From: an uncultured Verrucomicrobiae bacterium
Lineage (GTDB): Bacteria; Verrucomicrobiota; Verrucomicrobiia; Palsa-1439
Assembly (NCBI GenBank): GCA_963812605.1
Contig: CAWEWF010000014.1
Location: 480,001-544,000, forward strand
Direction of reading: 5' to 3'
Length of the DNA: 64,000 bases
Shown: one piece after another, positions 39,462 to 48,152 of the stretch
Layout: every line of letters starts with the position of its first letter
Position numbering within the stretch: position 1 is the first letter of the stretch
Notes under the pieces: model-generated
The model's input: the letters and a program-made list of their open reading frames with translations, nothing else
Database searches by the model: none
Told to the model about the DNA's origin: nothing
Program-made: the position numbers and the translations under genes

Positions 39462-41198
39462 ATGAACATGACGATGGCCGTTGCCGATACGATACCCGCT
39501 GATTTGCGCCAGTTGCTGCAACAGACGGGGCTCTTTACGGACGTGCAGATTTCCGAGGTCCTCACCAGCCAGCAGACGGCGGCCCAACCACTGATCACCA
39601 CACTGGTAAAGTCCCGGGTCGCCACGGAGGAGAAATTGCTCGAGGCGCTGGCCACGGCGTTGCATTTGCCGTTTACCCGCATCACCGACAAAGAGATTGA
39701 CGCGGCGACGCGGGCGAAAGTTCCCACGAAAGTTGTCTTCCAGCACAACGTCATGCCGATGCGCCAGGAGAACGGCACGCTCATCGTCGCGGCGCATGAT
39801 CCGTTCAACCTGACGATGCTCGAAGCGGTCCGCCTGGTCACCCAGTGCCGCGTCCAGCTCGCGTTATGCACGGAGGCCGACATCGCGAAGGCCCTGAAGC
39901 GCTACTACGGCGTTGGCGCGGAGACGCTCGATGAATTGTTGCAGAAGAACGTGCTCGATATCGACGAGATCGAGATGGTCACGAAGGACGACCTCGAAAG
40001 CGGGGACCAGGAAGCGAGCGTCGTCAAGTTCGTGAACCAAATCATCGGGGAAGCGTACAAGGAGCGCGCGACGGACATCCACATGGAACCGATGGAGAAC
40101 GATCTGCGCATCCGTTATCGCGTGGACGGCGCGTTGCACCAGACGCCGGTGCCGGCTTATTTGAAACGGTTCCAGGCGGCGATCATCTCGCGCATCAAGG
40201 TCATGGCGAACATGGACATTGCGGAGCGCCGCCTGCCGCAGGATGGCCGTATCAATGTCCGCAGCAGCGGCGCGGAGATCGACGTGCGCGTGTCGACCAT
40301 CCCGACGGCCTACGGCGAGAGCGTCAGCTTGCGTTTGCTGACGCGCAGCAACATCTTCCTCGGGCTCGAGAGCCTGGGACTGAACAAGGACAACGAGAAG
40401 ACCGTCCGCAAGCTGATCGATCTGCCTCACGGCATCATTCTGGTGACGGGCCCCACCGGCTCGGGAAAGTCCACCTCGCTCTACGCGTTCCTCAGCACGA
40501 TCAACTCGATTGACCAGCGCATTATCACGATCGAGGAACCGGTGGAATATGAACTTCCGGGCGTCAACCAGATTTCCGTGAAATCGGAAATCGGGCTGAC
40601 GTTTGCCAGCGGCTTGCGCCACATTTTGCGGCAGGACCCCGATGTCATCATGGTCGGTGAAGTACGCGACCTCGAAACGGCGGAAATCGCGATCCGCGCC
40701 GCGCTGACGGGCCACCTGGTGTTCTCCACGCTGCACACCAACGATGCGCCGGGCGCCATCACGCGGTTGATCGACATGGGCATCGAACCCTTCCTGGTGA
40801 GTTCCTCCGTGGAGGCGCTCATGGCCCAGCGGCTGATTCGCACGCTTTGCAAGTCATGCAAGGAAGAGTACAAGCCCGATGTCGAGCTTCTCCGCGAAGT
40901 GGGTTTCCCGATGGAAGACCTCGGCAGGGTCAAGTTCTACCGCGGCCGCGGCTGTGAGGATTGCCGCTTTACCGGCTTCAAGGGGCGCTCGGCCATCTAT
41001 GAGATTCTCGTCATGAGCGAGGCGCTGCGTCCGCTCATTATCGAACGGGCCTCGTCAGCGGCCATCAAGCATCTGGCTTGCACGCAGGGCATGAGGACCC
41101 TGCGCGATGACGGCTGGGAAAAGGTCAAGCAGGGCATCACGACCGTCGAGGAAGTGGCGCGCGTTACCCAGGAAGACGAAGAACTCTCTGCCACATAA
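39462..41198 (+). CDS. gspE: T2SS/T4P assembly ATPase with N-terminal domain
   Basis: ATDIHMEP, ERRLPQDG, GPTGSGKST, LRQDPD, TGHLVFSTLH and tetracysteine. Confidence 0.93.
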   Translation: MNMTMAVADTIPADLRQLLQQTGLFTDVQISEVLTSQQTAAQPLITTLVKSRVATEEKLLEALATALHLPFTRITDKEIDAATRAKVPTKVVFQHNVMPMRQENGTLIVAAHDPFNLTMLEAVRLVTQCRVQLALCTEADIAKALKRYYGVGAETLDELLQKNVLDIDEIEMVTKDDLESGDQEASVVKFVNQIIGEAYKERATDIHMEPMENDLRIRYRVDGALHQTPVPAYLKRFQAAIISRIKVMANMDIAERRLPQDGRINVRSSGAEIDVRVSTIPTAYGESVSLRLLTRSNIFLGLESLGLNKDNEKTVRKLIDLPHGIILVTGPTGSGKSTSLYAFLSTINSIDQRIITIEEPVEYELPGVNQISVKSEIGLTFASGLRHILRQDPDVIMVGEVRDLETAEIAIRAALTGHLVFSTLHTNDAPGAITRLIDMGIEPFLVSSSVEALMAQRLIRTLCKSCKEEYKPDVELLREVGFPMEDLGRVKFYRGRGCEDCRFTGFKGRSAIYEILVMSEALRPLIIERASSAAIKHLACTQGMRTLRDDGWEKVKQGITTVEEVARVTQEDEELSAT

Positions 41199-41287
41199 GG
41201 GGAAGTGGGTAGATCCTCCCCGCTTTTTGAATTGAGCGCTACGGGGAACAAAGTATGCTCCCCGGTGTCCAAGTAACGACGAATCGC

Positions 41288-42504
41288 ATGCCGACTTTTC
41301 AATACAAGGCCAAGACACGCGCGGGGGAGGTGGTCAACGGGTCCCTGGCGGCGGGTGACCGCCGCGCCGCGCTGGCCGAGCTTGGCAAACTGGGTTTCTT
41401 CCCGTTGGTGGTGGACTCCGCCGAAAAAGAGGCGGCGGCAAGAATGGCGCCAGGAGTTTTCGCGGTCGCGTCAAGGCGCGCGACATCCTGATGTTCACCC
41501 AACAACTTTCCAGCCTGCTGCGTTCGGGCATGTCGCTCAGCAAGGCGCTCGACACGCTCGAGCGGCGGACGCAAAAGAAAGCGCTCGCGGCGGTGCTTGG
41601 CGATTTGCGGAACGGCATCGTGCAGGGCGAAAGCCTGTCGGACTCGCTGGGGAAACACCCGAAGATTTTCTCGCGGTTCTTCGTGAACCTGATCCGGGCC
41701 GGCGAAGCCAGCGGCGCCCTCGACGACGTCCTGCTGCGCCTGGGGAAACATCAGGAGCAGATGGCCGAGGTGCGCGAGAAGGTGGTCAGCGCACTGTTGT
41801 ATCCGCTGATCGTCATGTGCGTCGCCGTTTGCGCGATCTGTTTCTTCATGATGGTGATGATTCCGCGCTTCGCCATGATGTTCAAGGAGATGGGCCGCAC
41901 GCTGCCGCTGCCGACGCGAATCCTGATCGACATCAGCGATGCGTTCACGGGTTATTGGTGGATTGGCGTCCTCTTGATCGTCGGGGCGGTGACGACTTAT
42001 CGCATCCGCGCCCGCACCCCGGAGGGACGGTTGGCGATTGACGGGCTCAAGCTGCGACTGCCCATCTTCGGCCAGATCATCATGGCCAACGCGCTGGCCC
42101 AGTTTGCGCGCACGCTGGCCACCCTCCTGGAAAACGGCGTGCCGGTGCTCAATGCGCTGCAAATCGTGGAAGACACGATGACGAACGTGGTGATCAGCAA
42201 CGCCATCCGCGAGGCGCGCACAAAGGTGACCGACGGCACCAGCATCAGCCAACCCCTGAGCCGCGGCAAAGTTTTCCCGCCGTTGATTATCGACATGCTG
42301 GCGATCGGCGAGGAAAGCGGCGAAGTGGTGCCCGCGCTCAAGAACATCGCGGACACCTACGACACGGAACTTTCGCGGATGCTGAAGGTTTTTACGACTC
42401 TGATGGAACCGGCGATCATCGTCTTCATGGCGATGATCATCGGCTCCATCGTGATCAGCATTCTCATGGCGGTATTTGATATTACGTCAGGAATTGGCAA
42501 GTAA
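41288..42504 (+). CDS. gspF: T2SS platform protein (frameshift ~41430)
   Basis: MPTFQYKAK; FTQQLSSLLRSG, AGEASGALD, LYP, FARTLATLLENGVP and GEESG. Confidence 0.92.
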
Positions 42505-42520
42505 TCCCAAGGAGTAGTTT

Positions 42521-42952
42521 ATGAACAAGATCAAGCTCAACTCGCGCAGCGGTTTCACGCTGTTGGAAATTCTGCTGGTCGTCGTGATCATCGGCTTTTT
42601 GGTGAGCGTGGCGGTGGTCAAATTGTCAGGCCAATCCGCCAAGGCCAAGGTGGTCGCGACGCAGAACCAAATCGACTCCTTCAAGACAGCGCTCGGTGTC
42701 TACGAACTCGATAATGGCGTCTTTCCCTCGACAGAGCAGGGGTTGCAGGCGTTGATCACGCAGCCGAGCGGGGCGGCTCTCCCGAACTGGAAGGGCCCGT
42801 ATCTCGACCCGCCGGTCATCCGTCTTGATCCGTGGGGCCACGCTTACATCTATAAATACCCGGGCGTAAAGATCCCCAACGGTTACGACCTGTATTCCCC
42901 CGGTCCAAACGGCATTGAAGGCGATGATGACGACATTGGCAATTGGCAATAG
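42521..42952 (+). CDS. gspG: Major pseudopilin
   Basis: G|FTLLEILLVV; YELDNGVFPSTEQGLQAL; WKGPYL; DPWG; DDIGNW. Confidence 0.95.
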   Translation: MNKIKLNSRSGFTLLEILLVVVIIGFLVSVAVVKLSGQSAKAKVVATQNQIDSFKTALGVYELDNGVFPSTEQGLQALITQPSGAALPNWKGPYLDPPVIRLDPWGHAYIYKYPGVKIPNGYDLYSPGPNGIEGDDDDIGNWQ

Positions 42953-43451
42953 ACGAGGGCGGCACGCCGGTTTCTCGCTGATCGAGCTGAGCATCGTCGT
43001 GTTCATCATCGCCATCATCATGGCCGTTTCCGTGCCCAGTTTCATCCGCTCGTACAATGCCGCCACGCTCAACGCAACCGGACGAACGGTCATTACCAGT
43101 TGCCAGTTCGCCAAGTTGAACGCCGTACTGCGCCAGCAAAAGGTTGCGTTCTATATCAACCTCGACAAGCGCATGATCTGGCTGACGCAGTTTACGGGCA
43201 CCAACGATGATGTCGAATCGTCGAGCGCGATTCTGAAGACCATTGAAATCCCGTCACGGGTCGGGGTGGCATCCGTCCAGCTTGGCGACCAACCGGCAGA
43301 ACAGAAGGGGCAGGTGGAAGCCACGTTTTATCCAAACGGGACTTGTGATGCGTTCACGGTCACATTTTACGGCGCGGAGAAGGGGAGTGGGTTGGCGATC
43401 ATGGTCGATCCGGTGACGTGCCACGGAGCGCCTTGGACCGTGAAGCTATGA
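42936..43451 (+). CDS. gspH: Minor pseudopilin H-like
   Basis: AG|FSLIELSIVV; FYPNG; start uncertain (TTG 42936). Confidence 0.8.
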   Translation: MAIGNRRGRHAGFSLIELSIVVFIIAIIMAVSVPSFIRSYNAATLNATGRTVITSCQFAKLNAVLRQQKVAFYINLDKRMIWLTQFTGTNDDVESSSAILKTIEIPSRVGVASVQLGDQPAEQKGQVEATFYPNGTCDAFTVTFYGAEKGSGLAIMVDPVTCHGAPWTVKL

Positions 43452-43861
43452 CGTTTCGCCGCCAACAAAATGCTAATGCGCCGCGCCGCCGCGCCGGCGG
43501 GTTTCTGCTGTTGGAAGTGATCCTGGCGGTCACGCTGCTGGCGATCAGCATGGTGGCCATCATCGCGTCCCTGGGCCAATGCCTGGCGGCGGCGCGCTCG
43601 GTGCAGAGTTATTCCACCTCCGAGATTCTCTTGGCGAACAAAAGCTTCGAGTTCCGCACGGAGCGCCCCACGGACATTCTCGACCAGGAAGGTGAGTTTC
43701 CGGATTACCCGGGTTTTTCCTGGACGCGCAAGCTGGAAGGGACGGGTTCGGACACAGAAGGGCTCTGGAAACAAACGATCACCGTTTACTGGTACGAACG
43801 CGGCAAACTCGCCAGTGATTCCGTGGTTGAATACAGGTATTTGCCGGACAAACAACGGTGA
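43448..43861 (+). CDS. gspI: Minor pseudopilin I-like
   Basis: GG|FLLLEVILAVTLL. Confidence 0.78.
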   Translation: MTFRRQQNANAPRRRAGGFLLLEVILAVTLLAISMVAIIASLGQCLAAARSVQSYSTSEILLANKSFEFRTERPTDILDQEGEFPDYPGFSWTRKLEGTGSDTEGLWKQTITVYWYERGKLASDSVVEYRYLPDKQR

Positions 43862-44658
43862 AGATGCAGTCCCATAACCGAAATGGCGCGCGGGCGGGCT
43901 TCACGCTGATTGAAGTCCTGCTGGCCGTGACAATCCTCAGTCTCGTCATCATCGGCGTGTACGGCATCTGGAGCGCGTCCCTGAAGGCGTGGCGGCGTGG
44001 CGGCCAAGCCACCGAGGTATTCCAGCGGCAACGGGTGGTCATGGAAACGCTGACGCAGTTGGCGCAGTCAGCCATTTATTTCAGCGCGTCGCCCGACTTG
44101 TATGCGATCGTCGGCGCCAAGAACCCCGGCCTGGGTGACAGCGTGAGCTTTGTCACGGCTTCGGACACGTTTCTGCCGCCCAGCGAGGCCACCGACATCG
44201 GCATGCGGCGGGTGATCATTTCCCTGGAGCAGGACGAGTACCGGCGCACCTACCTGGCAATCGTGAACCAGCCCGCCTTGAGCGTGAAGGACAATTCCAG
44301 GCAGGATCTCCAGGCGCACGTGGTATCGATGGACGTGAGTGCTTTCTCTGTCCGCTACCTCGACCCTCGCGATGGGGACTGGTACGACAAGTGGGAGGAG
44401 GTTAACATCATTCCTTCCGCGATGGAATTCACGGTCGTCTTCGGCCAGCCCGGTGACCAGATCCCGCCTGTTACCGTGACTCGCGCCATTGATCTTCCCG
44501 TGGCTGATTTCATCGCCCATAGTTCAAATCCCGGGCTGCCCCAGCTTTCGAGCACCAACGAGGTTCAACGCCGCTCGGATATTTCGGGATCGCAAAACAA
44601 TAATGGCGGACAACAGCCTTCCCCACAAACACCCCCGTTGCCGGGAGGAATGCGATGA
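43858..44658 (+). CDS. gspJ: Minor pseudopilin J-like
   Basis: AG|FTLIEVLLAVTIL; FSVRYLD...WYDKW...IPSAMEF. Confidence 0.82.
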   Translation: MKMQSHNRNGARAGFTLIEVLLAVTILSLVIIGVYGIWSASLKAWRRGGQATEVFQRQRVVMETLTQLAQSAIYFSASPDLYAIVGAKNPGLGDSVSFVTASDTFLPPSEATDIGMRRVIISLEQDEYRRTYLAIVNQPALSVKDNSRQDLQAHVVSMDVSAFSVRYLDPRDGDWYDKWEEVNIIPSAMEFTVVFGQPGDQIPPVTVTRAIDLPVADFIAHSSNPGLPQLSSTNEVQRRSDISGSQNNNGGQQPSPQTPPLPGGMR

Positions 44659-45677
44659 AGGAACGCGCCTACGAAACCGGGCGTTTCACCGACGACCGCG
44701 GCATCGCCATCGTCATTGTCTTGTGGGTCGTGCTGGTTTTGTCCTTGCTGATCAGTGGATTTGCTTTCACAATGCACGTCGAAACCCAGGTGGCGTCGTA
44801 TGCGCGCAAGGAGCTCAAGGCCGAAATGTTGGCGCGCTCGGGCATCGAGGTGGCGCGGATGCAGTTGATCCTCGGCGCACAGTCGCCAACCAATTCCGGG
44901 TTTGACGCACTCAACCAGGATTGGGCCACCAATGAATTGCTGTATGTGGACCATGAATTGGGTGATGGAACTTTCAATGTGAAAGTCACTGACGAAGAAT
45001 CAAAGATCCCGATCAATCGCGTGACGGACGTGCAACTCAAGCGCCTGTGTGGCTTGCTGGGGGTCGAGCCGTCGGATAGCGATGTCATTGTCGATTCGAT
45101 CCTGGACTGGATCGACCCTGGCGACCTGACCCGGCTGAACGGCGCAAAGAGCGATTATTACGAGAGCCTTTCGCCACCCTACCGCGCGAAGAATGCGCCG
45201 ATGGATCGGGTCGAAGAATTGCTGCTAATTCGGGGTGTGACACCGGAACTGTATCAAGGAACGCCGGCGACGGACACTGATCCTGCGGTGCCGGGGCTGT
45301 CAGAGGTTTTGACCACGATGACGTCCGGCACCATCAATGTGAATACGGCGTCGGCCATTGTTTTACAGACGATGCTTGGTCTCGACGATACGCAAGTGCA
45401 GGCCGTCATCAGCCATCGGGATGGCGCGGACGGCATCCCGGGCACGGAGGATGATATGCCATTCCGCACTACGGCCGAGTTTTTCGCGGCGGTCGGCAGT
45501 CTCAATCCGGCGAATACGCAAGCAGCGCAGGCCGTCGTCACGGTAAAGTCCTCCTTTTTCACGGTGAAATCCACCGGTCAGGTCGGCGGCGTGAAACGAA
45601 CCATCCTGGCCACGCTGCACCGGGCCGGGGCCGTGGTCCAGATTGTCATGTGGCGTGAAATGCGGGAGGGAACGTGA
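44655..45677 (+). CDS. gspK: Minor pseudopilin K
   Basis: RG|IAIVIVLW without E5; DEESKI, ILDWID, ELLLIRG and INVNTAS. Confidence 0.92.
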   Translation: MKERAYETGRFTDDRGIAIVIVLWVVLVLSLLISGFAFTMHVETQVASYARKELKAEMLARSGIEVARMQLILGAQSPTNSGFDALNQDWATNELLYVDHELGDGTFNVKVTDEESKIPINRVTDVQLKRLCGLLGVEPSDSDVIVDSILDWIDPGDLTRLNGAKSDYYESLSPPYRAKNAPMDRVEELLLIRGVTPELYQGTPATDTDPAVPGLSEVLTTMTSGTINVNTASAIVLQTMLGLDDTQVQAVISHRDGADGIPGTEDDMPFRTTAEFFAAVGSLNPANTQAAQAVVTVKSSFFTVKSTGQVGGVKRTILATLHRAGAVVQIVMWREMREGT

Positions 45678-47104
45678 GGGCCAGTTTCAATCCGCGTAAA
45701 TTGGCCGGTCTGGGTCATGCTCGTAATTGGGCGGCCGTTGCGTTTGGGGCCTCGAGCCTGGAACTCACCATCGCGCGCACCGAGGGCGCCGGGGTCAGCG
45801 TACTGCAGGAATCCTCCGCCAGCACGGAGCCGCCCGCGGGGATGCAGGACGCGCCGCCCCAGTGGCAGAGCGCGGCGCAAGTGCTTCGCCAGCGGTTTGA
45901 CCCGCGCGAACATCGCGTCGTTACCGCCGTGAGTTGCGAAGACGTGATTTGCCAAATCCTCCGCCTGCCCGCGACTGACACCGCCGAATTGAAGCAAATG
46001 CTCGATCTGCAGATCGACAACATCAACCCCCTGCCGTTGGAGGAGGTTGTTTATAGTTTTGAGCCCTTGGAAGCCGCCGACGGCCAGACGCAAGTGCTGG
46101 TCGCCATCGCGCGCAAAGCCAAGGTCAATGAACGCGTGGAAGCGCTGGAAGCGGCGGGGTTACAACCCGAAATCGTTTCTGTTGACGCGCTGGCCGTGTT
46201 CCACGCGCTCGCCCGTCGCAACCTGCTGGCGCAGGACGACCGCTTGAACGTGCTGGTGATTCTCGGTTTGGTTTCCGCGGAGGTGATCGTGTACTCGCGA
46301 GTCGTCCCCCTCGCCGTGCGGTCCCTGGTGCTCGGAGTGGAGGGCGAATCCATATTGCGTGAAGAACTGCAACGCACCTTTGTCGCGTCCGAGGCCGGAC
46401 AACCGCAACGAATGATCGGAGGAGTCACTTTCCTTGCGCCGGGCGAAGCGTTGCAGGCGTTTGCCAAAAAAGTTGCGAACGGCCTGAAAACGCAAGCGTC
46501 CTTCCTCAGCAACGGCACCGTGCCCTCGGCGGGCCTGAGCTTGTGCCTGCAGTATACAACAGGCGAAGCGGGACGTTTGAACCTCCTGCCGGACGAGTGG
46601 CGGCAGAAGCGTCGGATCAAGGCCCTGAGGCAGCGGCTGATTCGCGGCGGGATTGCGGTCGGAATCGTTTACGTCCTGGCGCTGACGGTGTTCCTGACGC
46701 TCCTGGCGGTGAAGAGCGCGCAACTTAATCGGGTCGGAAGGGAAATCAAGAGCCGACAGGCGGACTTTGCCGCCGCACGCCAGACGCAGGGCGAGTTGAT
46801 CGCGATGCGCAACCAACTCGATACGAAATTCTCGGCGCTGGAGGTCTTGCGCGAGATCACGCTGCGCATGCCGAAGGAAATGCAATTGAACTCATTCGCG
46901 TTCAAGAAGGATTCGACCGTGTCCCTCAAGGGACAGGCGGCATCCGCAAGCACCGCGCTGGAGTTCCAAACCGAGCTTCAGAAATCGGATTTGTTCTCGA
47001 AAATCACGGCGGGCCGCAGCGACAACGTGGGCGGCTTGACGAAGTTTGACCTGACTTGTACTCTCAAAACCGCCGGCGGTCCAGGGGCGGCTCCGCGACC
47101 ATGA
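45674..47104 (+). CDS. GspL-like (PilM-PilN fusion-type) assembly platform protein
   Basis: Actin-like N-domain, LNLLP motif, single TM and periplasmic domain. Confidence 0.8.
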   Translation: MRASFNPRKLAGLGHARNWAAVAFGASSLELTIARTEGAGVSVLQESSASTEPPAGMQDAPPQWQSAAQVLRQRFDPREHRVVTAVSCEDVICQILRLPATDTAELKQMLDLQIDNINPLPLEEVVYSFEPLEAADGQTQVLVAIARKAKVNERVEALEAAGLQPEIVSVDALAVFHALARRNLLAQDDRLNVLVILGLVSAEVIVYSRVVPLAVRSLVLGVEGESILREELQRTFVASEAGQPQRMIGGVTFLAPGEALQAFAKKVANGLKTQASFLSNGTVPSAGLSLCLQYTTGEAGRLNLLPDEWRQKRRIKALRQRLIRGGIAVGIVYVLALTVFLTLLAVKSAQLNRVGREIKSRQADFAAARQTQGELIAMRNQLDTKFSALEVLREITLRMPKEMQLNSFAFKKDSTVSLKGQAASASTALEFQTELQKSDLFSKITAGRSDNVGGLTKFDLTCTLKTAGGPGAAPRP

Positions 47105-47634
47105 AGATCACCAATCGTGAACGCAGGGTGTTGGCAGTCACCATCACCGCCATCGTATTGGGCATCAATTATTTGCTCGTGATTCCGTTGATCCACAGTT
47201 GGCAAGAGGCCGGCATCAAACTGAAGAGCCAGAAAGCGCTGCTTGCCGGCATGCAAGCGACAATTCAACACAAGGAAGAGTGGCGCAAGGAGTACGAGGA
47301 ACTTAAACGGGGACTTGGTCAACAGACCGTGCAGTTCCAGTATACCTCTGATGTCGTAAAAAAAATCCAGGAGGTCGCGACCAATTCGGGCGTACAAATC
47401 AATGCGACGCGCCAGATGACGGAAGAGGAGAAGGGCGTCTATCGGGTGCTGCCGGTGCAGTGCACGATCGAGGCGAGGACGGAATCGCTCGTGAAGTTTC
47501 TCTTCGCGCTGCAAACGGGCGCGGGTTTCATGAGCGTCGAGCAACTGACGATTTCGCCGCGGCCCGAGAATCCGGGCATTTTGCGCTGCGAGATCCAGGT
47601 GCGCGCCTTTAAACTGGGGAATACCACCTCGTGA
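47101..47634 (+). CDS. GspM/PilO-like protein
   Basis: TNRERRVL + TM + coiled coil; position after gspL. Confidence 0.75.
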   Translation: MKITNRERRVLAVTITAIVLGINYLLVIPLIHSWQEAGIKLKSQKALLAGMQATIQHKEEWRKEYEELKRGLGQQTVQFQYTSDVVKKIQEVATNSGVQINATRQMTEEEKGVYRVLPVQCTIEARTESLVKFLFALQTGAGFMSVEQLTISPRPENPGILRCEIQVRAFKLGNTTS

Positions 47635-48152
47635 GCCGACATCCCGCAAGGAACACGGCGCTGCTGTGCGCGCTGGCGACGAGCCTGACCGGATTGTCCG
47701 CCCGCGCTGCTGAAACGGCGCACGACTTCACGCGATACCAGATTATCGTTGATCGCTCGCCATTTGGGGCCATGCCCGGCGCGGCCGATACAACTCCCCA
47801 ACCTCCTTTTTCCACGCGTTACAATTTTGTGGGTATCGCGAAATTGGATGAGACGCAACCGCTGCTGGCAATTATCATCGACAAGGAAGGCAACCGCACG
47901 TATTTCAAGGCGGAAGGAGAGACGATTGGGGACGCGACGGTGCAACAAATTGAGAAGGCGGACAAGGGCCAGGTAAAACTGGTGCTGAAACAGGGATTGG
48001 AAGTCGCCACACTGACAATGGAGAGCAAGACCTCGGTTGGCGCGGCGCCGCCCGGGGGCGCGCAGCCCCAACCGCAACCGGGGATCCCCGGGCAACCGCC
48101 CGCGCCGCTACCAGCGGGAGTTCGTCGCATTCCGTTTCGACGGGGAGGATAA
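47631..48152 (+). CDS. GspC/PilP-like protein
   Basis: N-terminal signal/TM, IVDRSPFG, FVGI...AII...EGETIG; upstream of the secretin. Confidence 0.55.
   Translation: MSRHPARNTALLCALATSLTGLSARAAETAHDFTRYQIIVDRSPFGAMPGAADTTPQPPFSTRYNFVGIAKLDETQPLLAIIIDKEGNRTYFKAEGETIGDATVQQIEKADKGQVKLVLKQGLEVATLTMESKTSVGAAPPGGAQPQPQPGIPGQPPAPLPAGVRRIPFRRGG

Noticed and set aside
42933-42955. Heptamer repeat cattggc aattggc aatagac
   Set aside because: It encodes the normal GspG C-terminus DIGNWQ.
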